The notes below the pieces were generated by a model that had not been told where the DNA came from, did not search any database, and saw only the letters and a list, made by a program, of their open reading frames with translations. Made by a program: the position numbers and the translations under genes. From Marsupella aquatica (taxonomy: Eukaryota; Plantae; Marchantiophyta), in the NCBI GenBank assembly GCA_973895155.1, contig OZ316892.1:9528283-9592282 (forward strand): DNA of 64,000 nucleotides, given 5' to 3'. Below, one piece after another: positions 1 through 11,989 of the stretch; positions within the stretch are counted from its first letter, which is position 1, and every line of letters begins with the position of its first letter.

Positions 1-1458
1 AGTATCCCACAACACACTTGATGCACATATAGGACGGCAAGACTCAAAATCTACCGATGCAAAATACTAGACAGACTAGCTAGTAGACAATCTAACTTGT
101 CTGAGAATCTGCATGGAGCCTTTCTATCATTTCAATGGCATCATAAGGCTTGTCAATCCTCAATAAATGGATATATAGAACAACCACCTACAAGCTTTTT
201 CTGCCTCTGGTTTATCCAGACGGTTGCGATCCAACTTGACTCCAACAAAGAAAAGCCCTTGATCTCCTTGTGCAAATCACTGACGCACCAAAGGCAAGAG
301 CAAGGGTGTCCTTTGTTTGCTTACAAAGAAACCCTCTCCTCCTCCTCTGTAGATGCCAAGCGCTCTTCCCTAGCTGATTCTTGGTCTACATCTCTCCTCT
401 TTGTTCAGCTCTTCTCCTCCGTGGCCTGGTCACCAGCAACCTCCAACAAACTCCTGCATCCCGTCCTGCATGCCTTCTTGCCTAAGGCAAATCATTCAAT
501 GAATCAATAAATCAAAGAATTTTTGAAAGGCCACATAATGTTTTTGAGCAATTCCTGTACTCTCTGAATAATGCAGTGGGATACTACTATGACAGATTGA
601 TAGTATTCTTCAACATGCACTTACAAGAACTTAAAGTTGGTAGTAGGGTTGTTGACACGATTGAGAAGCTGCACGCTATGGTATGATGTGGTATGCTACC
701 AGAGAATTTGTTGTTTTGTAGGGACCCTGTGTGCCACTAGAAAGACAATGTAGTCGCATATCACTAGCTGAACATCAAATTGTGTAATGATCGGCATAGA
801 TTGTAGACCCGATTCTATATGGGAAATCAATCTGCATGTAAATGCGTAAGAATGTGACAAAGAACTCAAAAACCACCTTGATCAGCTGGACCTTCAGATC
901 ACTCGATCTACAGCACCGTCTGTAGCACTCCCTTGATGCTAGATCCCACTACTGTAAAGTCCACCAACCTGTACAACACGACAATGTTTATTGGATGTGA
1001 GGAAAACAAACACCACCACTTAATGCAAGCGGGAATGCAAGCCTAAAAAGCTGGCAATAACATCCCACATTGGACGGATGGCACTAAAAGAATGCAAGCC
1101 TGAAAATATCACCTGGAATAGTCGCAACTCAAGAATCATCGCCTACTTAATTTGCCTATCCCTACTAATGCTATGGTTCACTCATCACGTGAAGACGTTT
1201 TAATAAGAATGCAACTATGTGACAAGGTGAGGCGGATCAGATAGAGGTACTTCACGCTAGAAGACAGGGCCAATGCAAATAGGGTGAGATGATTAAAGAG
1301 TCCACACGAAGAGAAATGTACCCGGAAATGTATCTACTCTAGACTGCTAAGACATGGGGCTCGGGGCCGAAGGTTTCTTAGCCGATTGTAGAGGTGAAAC
1401 CAGGGGCAAAACATTCTGAAGACTAGCCAGTACATGAAGTCATGACCAGGTCCAGTCA

Positions 1459-1554
1459 CATGCACCCGCTCTTAGTTGCAGACCAGCTCACTTTGGCTCC
1501 AATCGCATGCACCCGGCTCTTAGTTGCAGACCAGCTCACTTCCGCTCCAATCGC
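1459..1554. repeat. Tandem direct repeat, 2 x ~47 bp
   Basis: catgcacccg(g)ctcttagttgcagaccagctcactt..gctccaatcgc begins at 1459 and again at 1506. Confidence 0.85.
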
Positions 1555-2374
1555 CGCTCCAATCCAAGCCTTGATCCGGGTCGACTCCTATGCTTGAACA
1601 TTTGGGTCAAAGGTAGCTAGTAGCTCACATCTCTAGCTCACTAAAACTCAGCTTCAACCAGTTGGCCATGCTCGAACATTTGTCCATGCTCGAACATTTG
1701 TTGATCCACAAAACTTGGCACAATGTCTTCAGCCCTACACTGCGGAAGTTTTCCTGCAGCCCCGCCTACAGCTCACACCTTCAATGCACGTAGGTTGTAG
1801 GTCCAACTTCCAGGCTGCACCTTGCAGGATAGCAGGAACATTGTACAATCATAGATCGAACGTCCAGGTTGGCTTCTCCCACTTGAACATTTGAGTTTCA
1901 ACTAGGTTACACATCACCCCATGCATAAGCACAATTATAGCAAAATGTATGTGAACACTTTGGTGTCTGTCAGCCAAAGTGAATGTACTTGAGGTGAGGA
2001 CTGACAATAAGAGGGAGTATCCAAGGTCACATAATGAGATGAGAACTGACAATTAGAGGGAGTATCCAAGGTCCATAGTCCTAACTGGTACATGATTGGG
2101 CCGGTATGACCTTTTGACCCTTGAGCATTGTAGCTTAGTTCAATGAAAACAGCAAAAAAGAGTGCTAGGAACTCAAGGAGAAACTACAAAGTTATCATGC
2201 ACTAGTAAGAGGGCATCAAATTAAAGGGGTGCACAAGCCCTCCATGTCCCCAAGAGGTTTGACAAGAGTTTGAACGTACTCACCATCTGGCTCCACTCTC
2301 CCTCCCACTCTCCCTTGAAACTTAAAATAAAACAAGTTGTAACTATTTAATGGGGAATATGATAGACATGACAC

Positions 2375-2835
2375 AACTTAACCATAACTTGTTTGCCTAC
2401 AAGTTACTGCACTAAGCCATTCAAGCACAGGTTCAAGTTCCATTCATTTGTAATAAGAAAACTCAAGTTACCATATTGCGTTACAAACTGCAGTTCTTAA
2501 AAGATACTTGCCTTTGCTACGGTCAACAATAATCAAGTTTTTTCATAACAAAAAATTGCAACTTACCTGAGCTATTAAGACATGACACAACTTACCATAT
2601 AATTGCATTACAACTTGCAATTCTCTCAAGATACTTAACCATAACTTGTTTGCCAACAAGTTACTTCACTAAGCCATTCAAGCACAGGTTCAAGTTCCAT
2701 TCATTTGTAATAAGAAAACTCAAGTTACCATATTGCGTTACAAACTGCAGTTCTTAAAAGATACTTGCCTTTGCTACGGTCAACGATAATCAAGTTTTTT
2801 CATAACAAAAAATTGTAACTTAATTACCTGAGCTA
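2375..2835. repeat. Direct duplication, ~200 bp unit, ~258 bp period
   Basis: acttaaccataacttgtttgcc...aagttccattcatttgtaataagaaaactcaag...cctgagcta occurs from ~2375 and from ~2633 with few mismatches. Confidence 0.9.
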
Positions 2836-2904
2836 CCACTCTACAATGATTAATATAAAGCACAACAATGGATCACATCCAAAATGCAAGCTCAATCAAT
2901 TTGC

Positions 2905-4106
2905 TTAATCAATGTCCCAATCAATGTATTTGGGATGAGATTTGGAAGCCATCCCATTTGATAAAATTTTACATAATCCTTGACTTGAAAGTTTGGCTCT
3001 CTTAGCATGTGCAAATGCTCTTCCCAACTTTTGATTTAATGCCAAGGCAACCACATATACTGGATCTATTGTCAAGCTTCTTAATGAAGTCCCATGTCTA
3101 TCCCTTCCTCTAAAGAAAAATGCATCCCGTCAAGAAGTGGCATTTGAATACCATAGTCCATAATAGTGAAATATCCTCCTTTACAATTTCTTGTCAAATT
3201 AGAGACATATGCCATTGTCCAAATTGATGTATCAGCATCTTGGTGCACACTGTTACAACAATTTTTACTCAAAAACATAGGGTATCCTGGTACTCCTCTT
3301 TCGAAGGCTTTAGTGTTATTGAAACAAGCTCTAAATTTTTTCTCTAGTCTTAGAAAAGGTTCATTCAAAGAAATAAAATGATCCAAGATAGGAGAAAAAT
3401 GTCTTCCAAATAAAACAAGCAAAACTTCAAAAAGTAAACGATGAGAAGTTCTTTCATGCAATTCTTCTAAGCTAGATCTGCAAAATGGTGATCCATTTGA
3501 AAGTTTTTTCATATTTCTATAATAGGTTATATTCTCCACCTTGTTTTCTATACGATTGATTAATGGTCCCACTGCTCTCATATTTAGTTTTAAACTACTT
3601 CTTTTATCCATGCGAATAATAGGATTCTTAAAATTAAATTGATCTTCAATACAATCCCTTACAATTGGTCTTGCTTTGAGGTCTAATGCTCCCTTTACAC
3701 GTCCTCCAATATAAACCTTTTCTTGTTTTGTCACCCAAGGTTCTCTTTCAATCCACAACTCCATTTTTGTAGAATGATGCATAACATAAAAGTTCTCAGG
3801 AATAGGTGTCCATAATATAGATGGACATCTATTTTTAATTTTTCTCTTATTTTGTTGAAGTGGTTTTTTCAGGTCACTTGATATCAAATATGTCCCATCA
3901 TAGGACTTACAATTTTTTTCATTATGTCTCCCAAACATTTTAATACCTCCATCTTTTTGCAACCGTGGTATTAAGAAAGTATCAAAATGATGCTTTTGAG
4001 ATTCAAAAAAATTATGTTGATCTTTTCTTAATTTTGTAATACTTTCTTTCATTCCTCTAGGTAGCAAGTCCAATGCATATCGTGTTTCCAACATAGAGGA
4101 TAACAA
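2905..4106 (-). pseudogene. TET/JBP-like 2OG-Fe(II) dioxygenase domain protein, one frameshift
   Basis: ORF 3081..4106 contains SVHQDAD (HxD) then GGYFTIMDYGIQMPLLDG. Adding one base to the A5 run at 3116-3120 continues it as HFFFRGRDRHGTSLRSLTIDPVYVVALALNQK...WDID* (stop at 2905), restoring the distal His. This matches the TET/JBP HxD...GG...G...HGT pattern. AT-rich; ORF fragments at 4169-4944 may be its broken 5' part. Confidence 0.6.
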
Positions 4107-6489
4107 TGTCCATATCTCAGTATTATAGAGTATTTTCCATCTCTTAGCTTTAAATAGATATCTATATCCTAAAAAACATTATTTCGGCATATTGTTTCAC
4201 ATGTGTCATCATAAGTTTGCAAACCATAATTAAATAGAAACACTTCAGATACTACCCATTTAAGGAATATTTGTAGATTAAAGTAGTCAAATCCCACTAT
4301 TTTGATAACATCATAAAAATATAGTTCACAGTCTCTTAAGTTCAAGTTATTGGATTTGTTGAGTGTGGCCCGGAGTGTGGTTGGGAGTATGACATTCCCT
4401 GCAATCAATCATCGAGTCAATAACACTAACATACAATATTTGTTTTACATAAAATCAGGCATAAATCCTGCATGAAATATTTGCATAGAGGGAAATCCCC
4501 ATCCCAAACATGAAGTCCATATGTACATCCCAAATCATAATTTTCATACAAATTAATAATCTTTGTCACTGTTCTTGGTAAAGTTGTGCTACACATACCC
4601 TTGCTCCCATCTTTAGTCTTTGAAATCACTCCTCTATCCCCTGCTCTTGCTCTATTCTATTCCTTGTTTTTTTTCCTTGGTTGGAACGGTTTCTTGATGT
4701 CTTGCTCAAACTTTCGTTTTGAGTTTCTTGACAGAATTTGTTGAAGCTTGCCCTCTTGCTGACCATAAACCGGACCATCTTCATGCGAACGGTTAACCTT
4801 GGGATTAAACTGATCCATGAACTCATGCATGTGCAATTCTTTTTCTACTCTCCTTACCACAACACGTTCTTTTGGACCAAAAAAAGTACCAAAGGTGGAG
4901 TCATTTGGTAGATGCTTCATCTTCTGCTTCATCTTATTCTCCATCCTTACTACTTACAATTAGGTAACACTTTTTTGCAAAAAAAACAATACCCTCATTC
5001 TTAGATCCTACCCAACAAAACATCCCACAAAACATTTTAAACATATTTAAGGGCCAGGTCAGATCAAAGAGCACTGCCATGTTCATTGCCAGCAAATAAC
5101 AAGAACTAGAACAAAACAAATAGCGTTGGGGATGACACTATGCTAAACTCTAAAGTAAGTGGGAAACGGGGTGGGAAAGTAAGCAAGACCCACAAAAAAT
5201 TGTATTTGCAACCCAATTCAATCTTCAATGGCAATACTTATGGGCCCAACAAGCTAGATAATATCATAGAGGGAATTGATACTTTTTATCTAATAAATGA
5301 CGATATGACAAGGCCCCAATCAAGGCCCCAGTCAGGGCTGTGAATGTAAATTTCCTGCATCTGGAATTAATATGGAGAAGCAAGCTGGAGACGCCTTACT
5401 ATAAAAATAATGCAATTTTTTCATTTTACTATGAATAGGCTGTCATGCTGCAATATAGCATGGGAGAAGAGAGCGGGAACATGAGGAGTAATACACATCA
5501 TCAAAGCAGGCACAAGAGTGAAGAGTACCATCATAAAACCCAGGTTGCATCCAACCTGTGCGTACTCATCACATTGCTTTGCCGTGGAAAGCACTAACCG
5601 AGTTCACACATTCATGTGTTGTGCAGTTTCAAACTCCTGGCGTGTAGAGAGCCAGACTGAGCAAGCACCTGAGTACATCAACTAGTGGGGCGCGCATGCA
5701 ACAATTCAAACTACCGGACAGGATGCAGAGCCGCGCCAAGAGCAAGTAGGAACTTGACGCAATAGTTTGCACGCATAGAGTAAGGCCCTTGAGTAAGCAC
5801 CTTCAAGAACGCTTTGTCTCACTTCCCACATTAGCATCGCTGACAGGAAAATGGGAAGGTAGGAAATCTGCCTGAAGAAGCACTTGCTCACATCTCTTCC
5901 GCTACATCGCTGAAATGTATAGATTTGGGAGCCTTTATTGATTTTGCCTCTACCTACTTTGGCAATTTCCAGTCCAGCCTACTACATCAATCGTCACCAA
6001 CACCGGACCTGTACTGCCTACCGACATCAGACTTGTCCCTGCCACCAACATCAGACTTGGTGACCCATGGCTGTGGACCAACCCGGGGACCAATCCTGCA
6101 TCCCATTTTTGGACCTCCTCAGTCCTCACCAAACCTTCATGGCTGTTTTCACCGACTTGTAGACTTTTAGTTTGACAATTTCTTGACGGTTCTTCACCGA
6201 CTAGTGTGGGTGCTGGTTGTTGGCAACTACAAGTTACTACGCTCTCTGTCGTTTCCTCATCGTTCATCATGATGATCTTATTCCCAATCTATTATGTTGG
6301 CGGAGGAAATAGTCTTGCTCTCATTTACTCATAGTTTTTCACACTAGATCTTATTTTTGATCTTATGCAGCTGGCGGAGGGAATAGTCTTGGGGCCAGAT
6401 GTCTTTGATTAGAGGACAAAAGGATCGTCGTTGTTTTTTATTCTTTGCACCATTGGTGGTCTTTGCACAATTGGTTGTCAGCCGCCCGG

Positions 6490-6815
6490 TCAGCCGATCA
6501 ATAAGGAAGGCACACCAAATGGAAATGGACACATCTTGGCCAACGCTACATGGCAATTTGATGACTTCAATTTTGACAATGATGGGAATGCGTATCTGGT
6601 CAATGCTGCAAGTGGCAACTTGATACTGAGGGTCTCACCCGACGAAAGTCATCAGCAAATCATTGTCGGAGACATGAACTCAACCCTGATTGCACAGCCA
6701 ACTTCTGTCACATTTTGGAGGGGGCCATGTGACCAGAACACTCTGTACGTGACTTCTATAGGAGGGTTGCTTGCATCGATTAATGGATCCATCATCGTTG
6801 GCGGTCAGGTTATGG
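6490..6815 (+). pseudogene. C-terminal fragment of a fungal-type six-bladed beta-propeller (SMP-30/gluconolactonase-like)
   Basis: FDDFNFDNDGNAYLV...NLILRVSPD...IIVGDMNSTLIAQPTSVTF.RG..DQNTLYVTSIGG...GGQVMA resembles the last blades of fungal secreted propellers. No N-terminus is present. Confidence 0.6.
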
Positions 6816-7444
6816 CAATGAGAGAATGATGTCAGTCATGTTCCGCACCAGATCTGTGTTTTTGCTTTAGCTCTCGTAGTAGCGTCCCCAATGGGGATCT
6901 CGGCAGACCGCAACACAGGGGGTGAAGACGAAAGGAATGCCAATGGCCCGGACTTCTAGAGCCATTGCTCTGCCAATTCTCATCACCAGGTCCCAATCTC
7001 TCGTGGCTCCGAGTCCAATATTGTGAGGCCAATATTGTGAGGAAAGATTGTGGCCCCAACTACAACGTTATTACCGTGAACCGCATCTACTCTGTAGATC
7101 ATGGGAATTGCCAGCCAAGTAGACAATGCTTGCCTTTGGAACCTGTCGATCATTTCTTGCCACAAAATGGCATTGTTCAGAGTGGGCGTGCTTCCTCCCC
7201 CATTGAGCACACTACTGACCATGTATCGGTACACATTCGAATCTTTCATGACGATTGTTTGTTTGATCTGCATCATCTGCCCAATCTTTTCAGCCAACGT
7301 CATCCATTTCAAGAGATCCTGCACCCTCGCCTCCACGGGTTGGCTTCCATCCTTGTATAGATCGTAAGCCACCGTAGCATTGAGAATGTGAAAACATAGG
7401 AGTATAACACAAAGTGCTCGTCTTGCTGTTGTGGTCCCACCCAT
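6815..7444 (-). pseudogene. GH3 beta-glucosidase/exo-beta-glucanase N-terminal fragment
   Basis: Signal peptide, then [50 protein letters not shown] 14-bp duplication (7015-7042) shifts the frame; beyond it the sequence reads [41 protein letters not shown]. Truncated near 6815. Confidence 0.9.
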
Positions 7445-8499
7445 GGCGATTCAGTGGTCCCTGGCAGCTTCATGTTCTTTCTTTACTAGTTCTCTCGATT
7501 GTTTGCCTCACTTATCACACGGGAAGTACGAGAGGTTTCAACACCAAGGAGCACCGACATTGTACGATCTAGACAATCTAGGAGGTTGGTTTTCTCATTG
7601 AGTTCCTTCCTAAAGTTCCAACAGTCCGAAATAGTGTCAAATAGACGATCATTTATGAACAGTATTGATCGACCAAATCACACTCTATTAATTGAGGAGA
7701 CGCAAGAGATTAGAAGCATAGTTCTAGGTGTGGTTTTCCTTATCCGAGAAGTGGCTATCCAGCCATGTCTTTGCATTAGCTTAGCTTTTGTCTTTGTATG
7801 GATCGACGACATAGTATGGCTGCGACAAAGTCACCACTCTGAAATAATATCAATTGGATTGTGCTATCACTGATTGGCACAGTTAACGTTGGTCTATGCC
7901 AAATTTGTCTACCACACGCATAGACAACGTCAATTGCCGATGACCAAGGTAGGCTACCAAATTGGCACTCATGTCCATGCCATTTTTGTCACCTTGTAGA
8001 CCAGAAATCCCAGGCCAGAAAGAGACACACCGTCACGGTAGTGTAACAATTTCTCCCGGTACTTAAATTCAAATCTTGGGCAGATTGCACCGATTTGCAA
8101 TCTGTGAGTCATTTGCAATGAGAAAAAGAGGTACGTGGAAATAGTGACAACTTCTGGTCCGGATGTAATAGCCTCTGTGAATGATCTAGCTATCTATCTA
8201 TCCACTAGTATATAATTGCTTGAGCTGCAATAGTCTGGGGCTGTTGCCTCATTGATGGGTCACGATTTGCTTCTGACCTTTGTTTGTGTTTTTATTCTAA
8301 GTAGACACTACGTTTTTTTAACACACTATCCATTCCGGTTGTCAACTACTGCCGCCTCTTTATCGGTGAATCTGCTCCATGCATGTAAGTTACCGGTATT
8401 TTGTACACAAATTCAGAATGATATTGAGCTATTAGTGCTCATTGTAAATTTGACGTTAATGTGTATTCTTGTTGCTTATTTTGTATTCCTATTTGCCTG

Positions 8500-9181
8500 A
8501 ATGAAAACATGCACCAGATGGCTTGATCCTTGAATTGCTAGTCGTGTCTGAGTTGAGAGACCATCTTGGCATCTATCGGCAATTGGAGGATCCCTTTTTG
8601 TAAGGAAATCTTTGCATTTGGCACACAAAGCTGCTTGAATGCAAAGAAGTGTGAACAGCATAGCCTTCAAACTAAGCAATTTAATTCTAAGCCTTCGATG
8701 AATTTTCTTGAATTTCCCTCTACTTATCAATGAGGAGAACGTGTTGAAGGGATGTGTGTGTTTTTCAGAGAGGCAACCACCTCACTGCAGTCGGAGTGTT
8801 GGATTACATTGGCTACCTTGTGAAGGGACATGTTTGTCCACAAGTACGTACATCTATGCCCGATTTACATAGCATATAACTTGATGTTGATCCTGTTTCT
8901 GGAAGGTATTTTACGCCTTACATTACAAAGGCGCGACGATTGAGAGTTGCCTTGTTAGTGTTGTGTGTTAGTACACGGTAATGACACCGTCTCTTCCGTT
9001 TCACATTTAAATTGATAAAGACTTGTTAGAGTGCAGCATATACCAGAGTTATTGAGGATTGATTACAGTGGGACAGATTGACTTGACAAAAGGGGGCCCT
9101 GGAACCTACCGCCTGCATCTCAATGGATCAGAGGTTGAAGCCAAACTTCAGAGTCTTCGTGATGGTGGACTCCTTGTGTAG
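8500..9181 (+). pseudogene. ACC1: Internal fragment of homomeric acetyl-CoA carboxylase, degenerate, introns retained
   Basis: Successive exon remnants read WLDP*IASRV*VERPSWHLSAIGGSLF|gt (~8518-8599), LDYIGYLVKGHVCPQ|gt (~8770-8843) and IDLTKGGPGTYRLHLNGSEVEAKLQSLRDGGLLV*|gt (9077-9181). These match consecutive ACC motifs (WLDSRIA..RAERPPWYLSVVGG; DYVGYLEKGQIPPK; GGxGTYRL..N.SE.....LRDGGLL). Confidence 0.8.
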
Positions 9182-11989
9182 GTATATTGTTTTATCCACT
9201 CCTTGTGTAAGCATTGGACTACCATACTACGTCAGAGCTTCCAACTTAGTGTCGTGCTAGCTTTACTAGCATAATTAGTTCTGGAATTTGGGCCTACTAC
9301 TGTAAAATTTCAGAGTCTAACAAGTGCTGCACTTCATTATATTGCAGCTGGATGAGAATAATTTTGGTCCTTAAGAGACCTCGTGCAGAGAGTTTCTCCT
9401 GAGACGGATGACAAAGGGTGATCGAAATCAAGGATATACATTCCTCTATGGATAAGTATATCTTTAGCCCATATTCCCTACTTTGTAAGCTAGTACATAT
9501 CTTCACTTACGTCTTCCTATTTTAGGCTACAATATTCCTGTTATTTCCTCTCAGTCTACCATGCTCAGACGTCACTTGATGAGTGCAGTATAGCAGTCCT
9601 GATAGCAGTACACAATTCTAGATCATAAGGGATTTGTGGCCGTTCTTGAAAACAGAATGGAAAAGGGCACATTAGTAAGGCATTGCTTGTTTGTTAAATT
9701 GCATAAGCACAAATCCGGTTGTCCAATTTCTGATTGATACTTTGGACAATATGCAATTTGACGACAAGGATCTAGAATGATTAAAATAGTGATTGATGTG
9801 ACAACGATCTAGAATGATTGAAATAGCAACTGATGTGGCAGCTATGCCGGTAGAAAGAAATTTAGCAGGTGCTAAGGATTTTGTTCTGGTATGGCTTGTG
9901 CGCAGGTGCCCGCCAGGTGGATTTTGTGTGAGCTCACTATTCGGCTTTCAGGTCCTTGTGGGATGAATTACTTCAAGTTTAAAAGGTCAGATAAATAAGA
10001 CAAGCTCATCGCTGGACAGCGTCGAAGTAGATGAAAAGCATGTCTATCATGTTCAAATGTAGTTGGAGTTGGACTCACATTCTTGGATCAGGACTGTTGC
10101 TGACTTTTTCAGTTTGTTGTTTTATGGTAGGGCTCATGACTTACCTCAGTGTTGCAACCGGACCTACAAGACACTTGCTAGTGAGGAAAAATTTCACACA
10201 AGAATCAAGGTCTAATAGCGATTCAAATATGTTAGGTTGTATTTCCTAATTGTTTAATTCAAAGATGCCCTAGCTACAGGTGTCCAGGCTAGGCTCTGAC
10301 ATTGACTAGTATCTCTTAGACTGGCACTTTTTGGTTTATTATGATTGTCAAGATTGGCCCTCTTTTCACTGTATTCATTCACATCATTCATACGGGCACT
10401 TTCTATTTGTTCATTGTGCTCTTTTCACTGTACTCACAATGATGCTGCTTTTTTGACAGATTTACTTGTCATTTTCTATATTCCAATAGGGACTGGAGCA
10501 CTGTTTATGTTGTCCATATATGGGTCACATTCAAGTCCTCAGAGTGACCTATGGTACCAGCAGTAAATAGACCTAAAAGTTAACATTTTAAGAGTCTGGA
10601 TGTTTACATCGCGGTGCTCTCTCGTTCTCGCTCTTGTTGGACCATTAATGTTGCTTGCAAGTTTCCATGTAAGCTTGAGATCCAAATCTTCTTGATCTCC
10701 ATGCAAACTACTATTCACCTGGTTGATATTGTTGGACTACCAGGTATTTCTGCTTTCCACATTTGACAGCGTGGGCCAAGGGTGGTGTAAAAGGCAGTTG
10801 GTGTAGTTTAGCTACTTTGCAATCTTAGCCGAGATCTTAGCATCTTTGTCAAATTCTCATAGGCTAAATTTAGGTTTTAGCTAAGTTCTAGTGCAATTTT
10901 GGGGAAGTCGAGGGTCAGTACAAGGTTAAATTAAAAAGGTGGAGTATGTTTAAGAGGCAAAGCCATGGACAAAGGACACTATAATTTCTATATAATATAT
11001 ACAACATTATCAAAAACATTTTAAAATCTTAAGAAAAATCCCCCAAAGCTGGTTAGTTTGGCGGTACACCTATAATAAAAAAAAGCAGTGGGGGGCAAAC
11101 ATACAAAGCAAGACTTTCTATTAGTGTATCCATTCCTTCACTTAGTTATTGATTCCTCTGAGTTTGATCAGTTCAGCTGAGTGGCATACTTCATCGATCT
11201 TGTAGTCACTACTACACCACAGCCCGCATCAAAGTTTGAGTGCAAAAAGGAATGCACAGTGATGAGAAATGACAGTTATGGTGGCTCTGAAATCAACACG
11301 GTCAACACTGCAATGGGCACCGCAAGCGGGACAGTGTAACTAGCATGACCAAGGTGAGGAAGCGCAAGGGTGATCCAATGAATGAGCCCTAGCAAGACCA
11401 ACCTGCTTACTACGCACACCTGCCTGATTTGAGAGAGAAAAAGTCTTGACCTTCTAAATGGGATCAATCCGGGGTTCACACCTTGGCCGACCCTAAATCC
11501 TGAACCTCAACCAGGGCCTTAACCAAGCCGGGAACCAAACTCTCCCTAGAGGTCCCTGGTCCAGCATGTGGATGACTTTTAATTGCCCTCCCCCTGCCCC
11601 TAGCCTTCCCCCAAATCCATTCAAAACATGTTATGGGTGTGTTATGGAACTAGAACTCCCTTCAAATTAAATTTTAATCAAGGATATCTGGGATAGTGAA
11701 TAACATTGAATTTATTAACCATTTTACTATTTGTACTTGTGTACCAATGAGGTGTTGACACGTGGACCAACCATATAGTGACACTTGTCATTCCAATTTT
11801 GAGTACCCTTGCATAACAAAATGTGGCATATGTTTAATAAAAGGCTTATTTCTTAAAATGTGCAACACATATATATTGGGACCTTGACTACTTCAAAAAA
11901 TATTATAAAAATTACTTTCCATTCAATTAAAAATACCCTTGCGACGTTCGCACATACTCCCTGTATTACTAATACTGAGGGCCCAGGGG

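Noticed and set aside
11940-11970. tactccctgta as a Tc1/mariner-type terminus
   Set aside because: No matching inverted partner found in the window.
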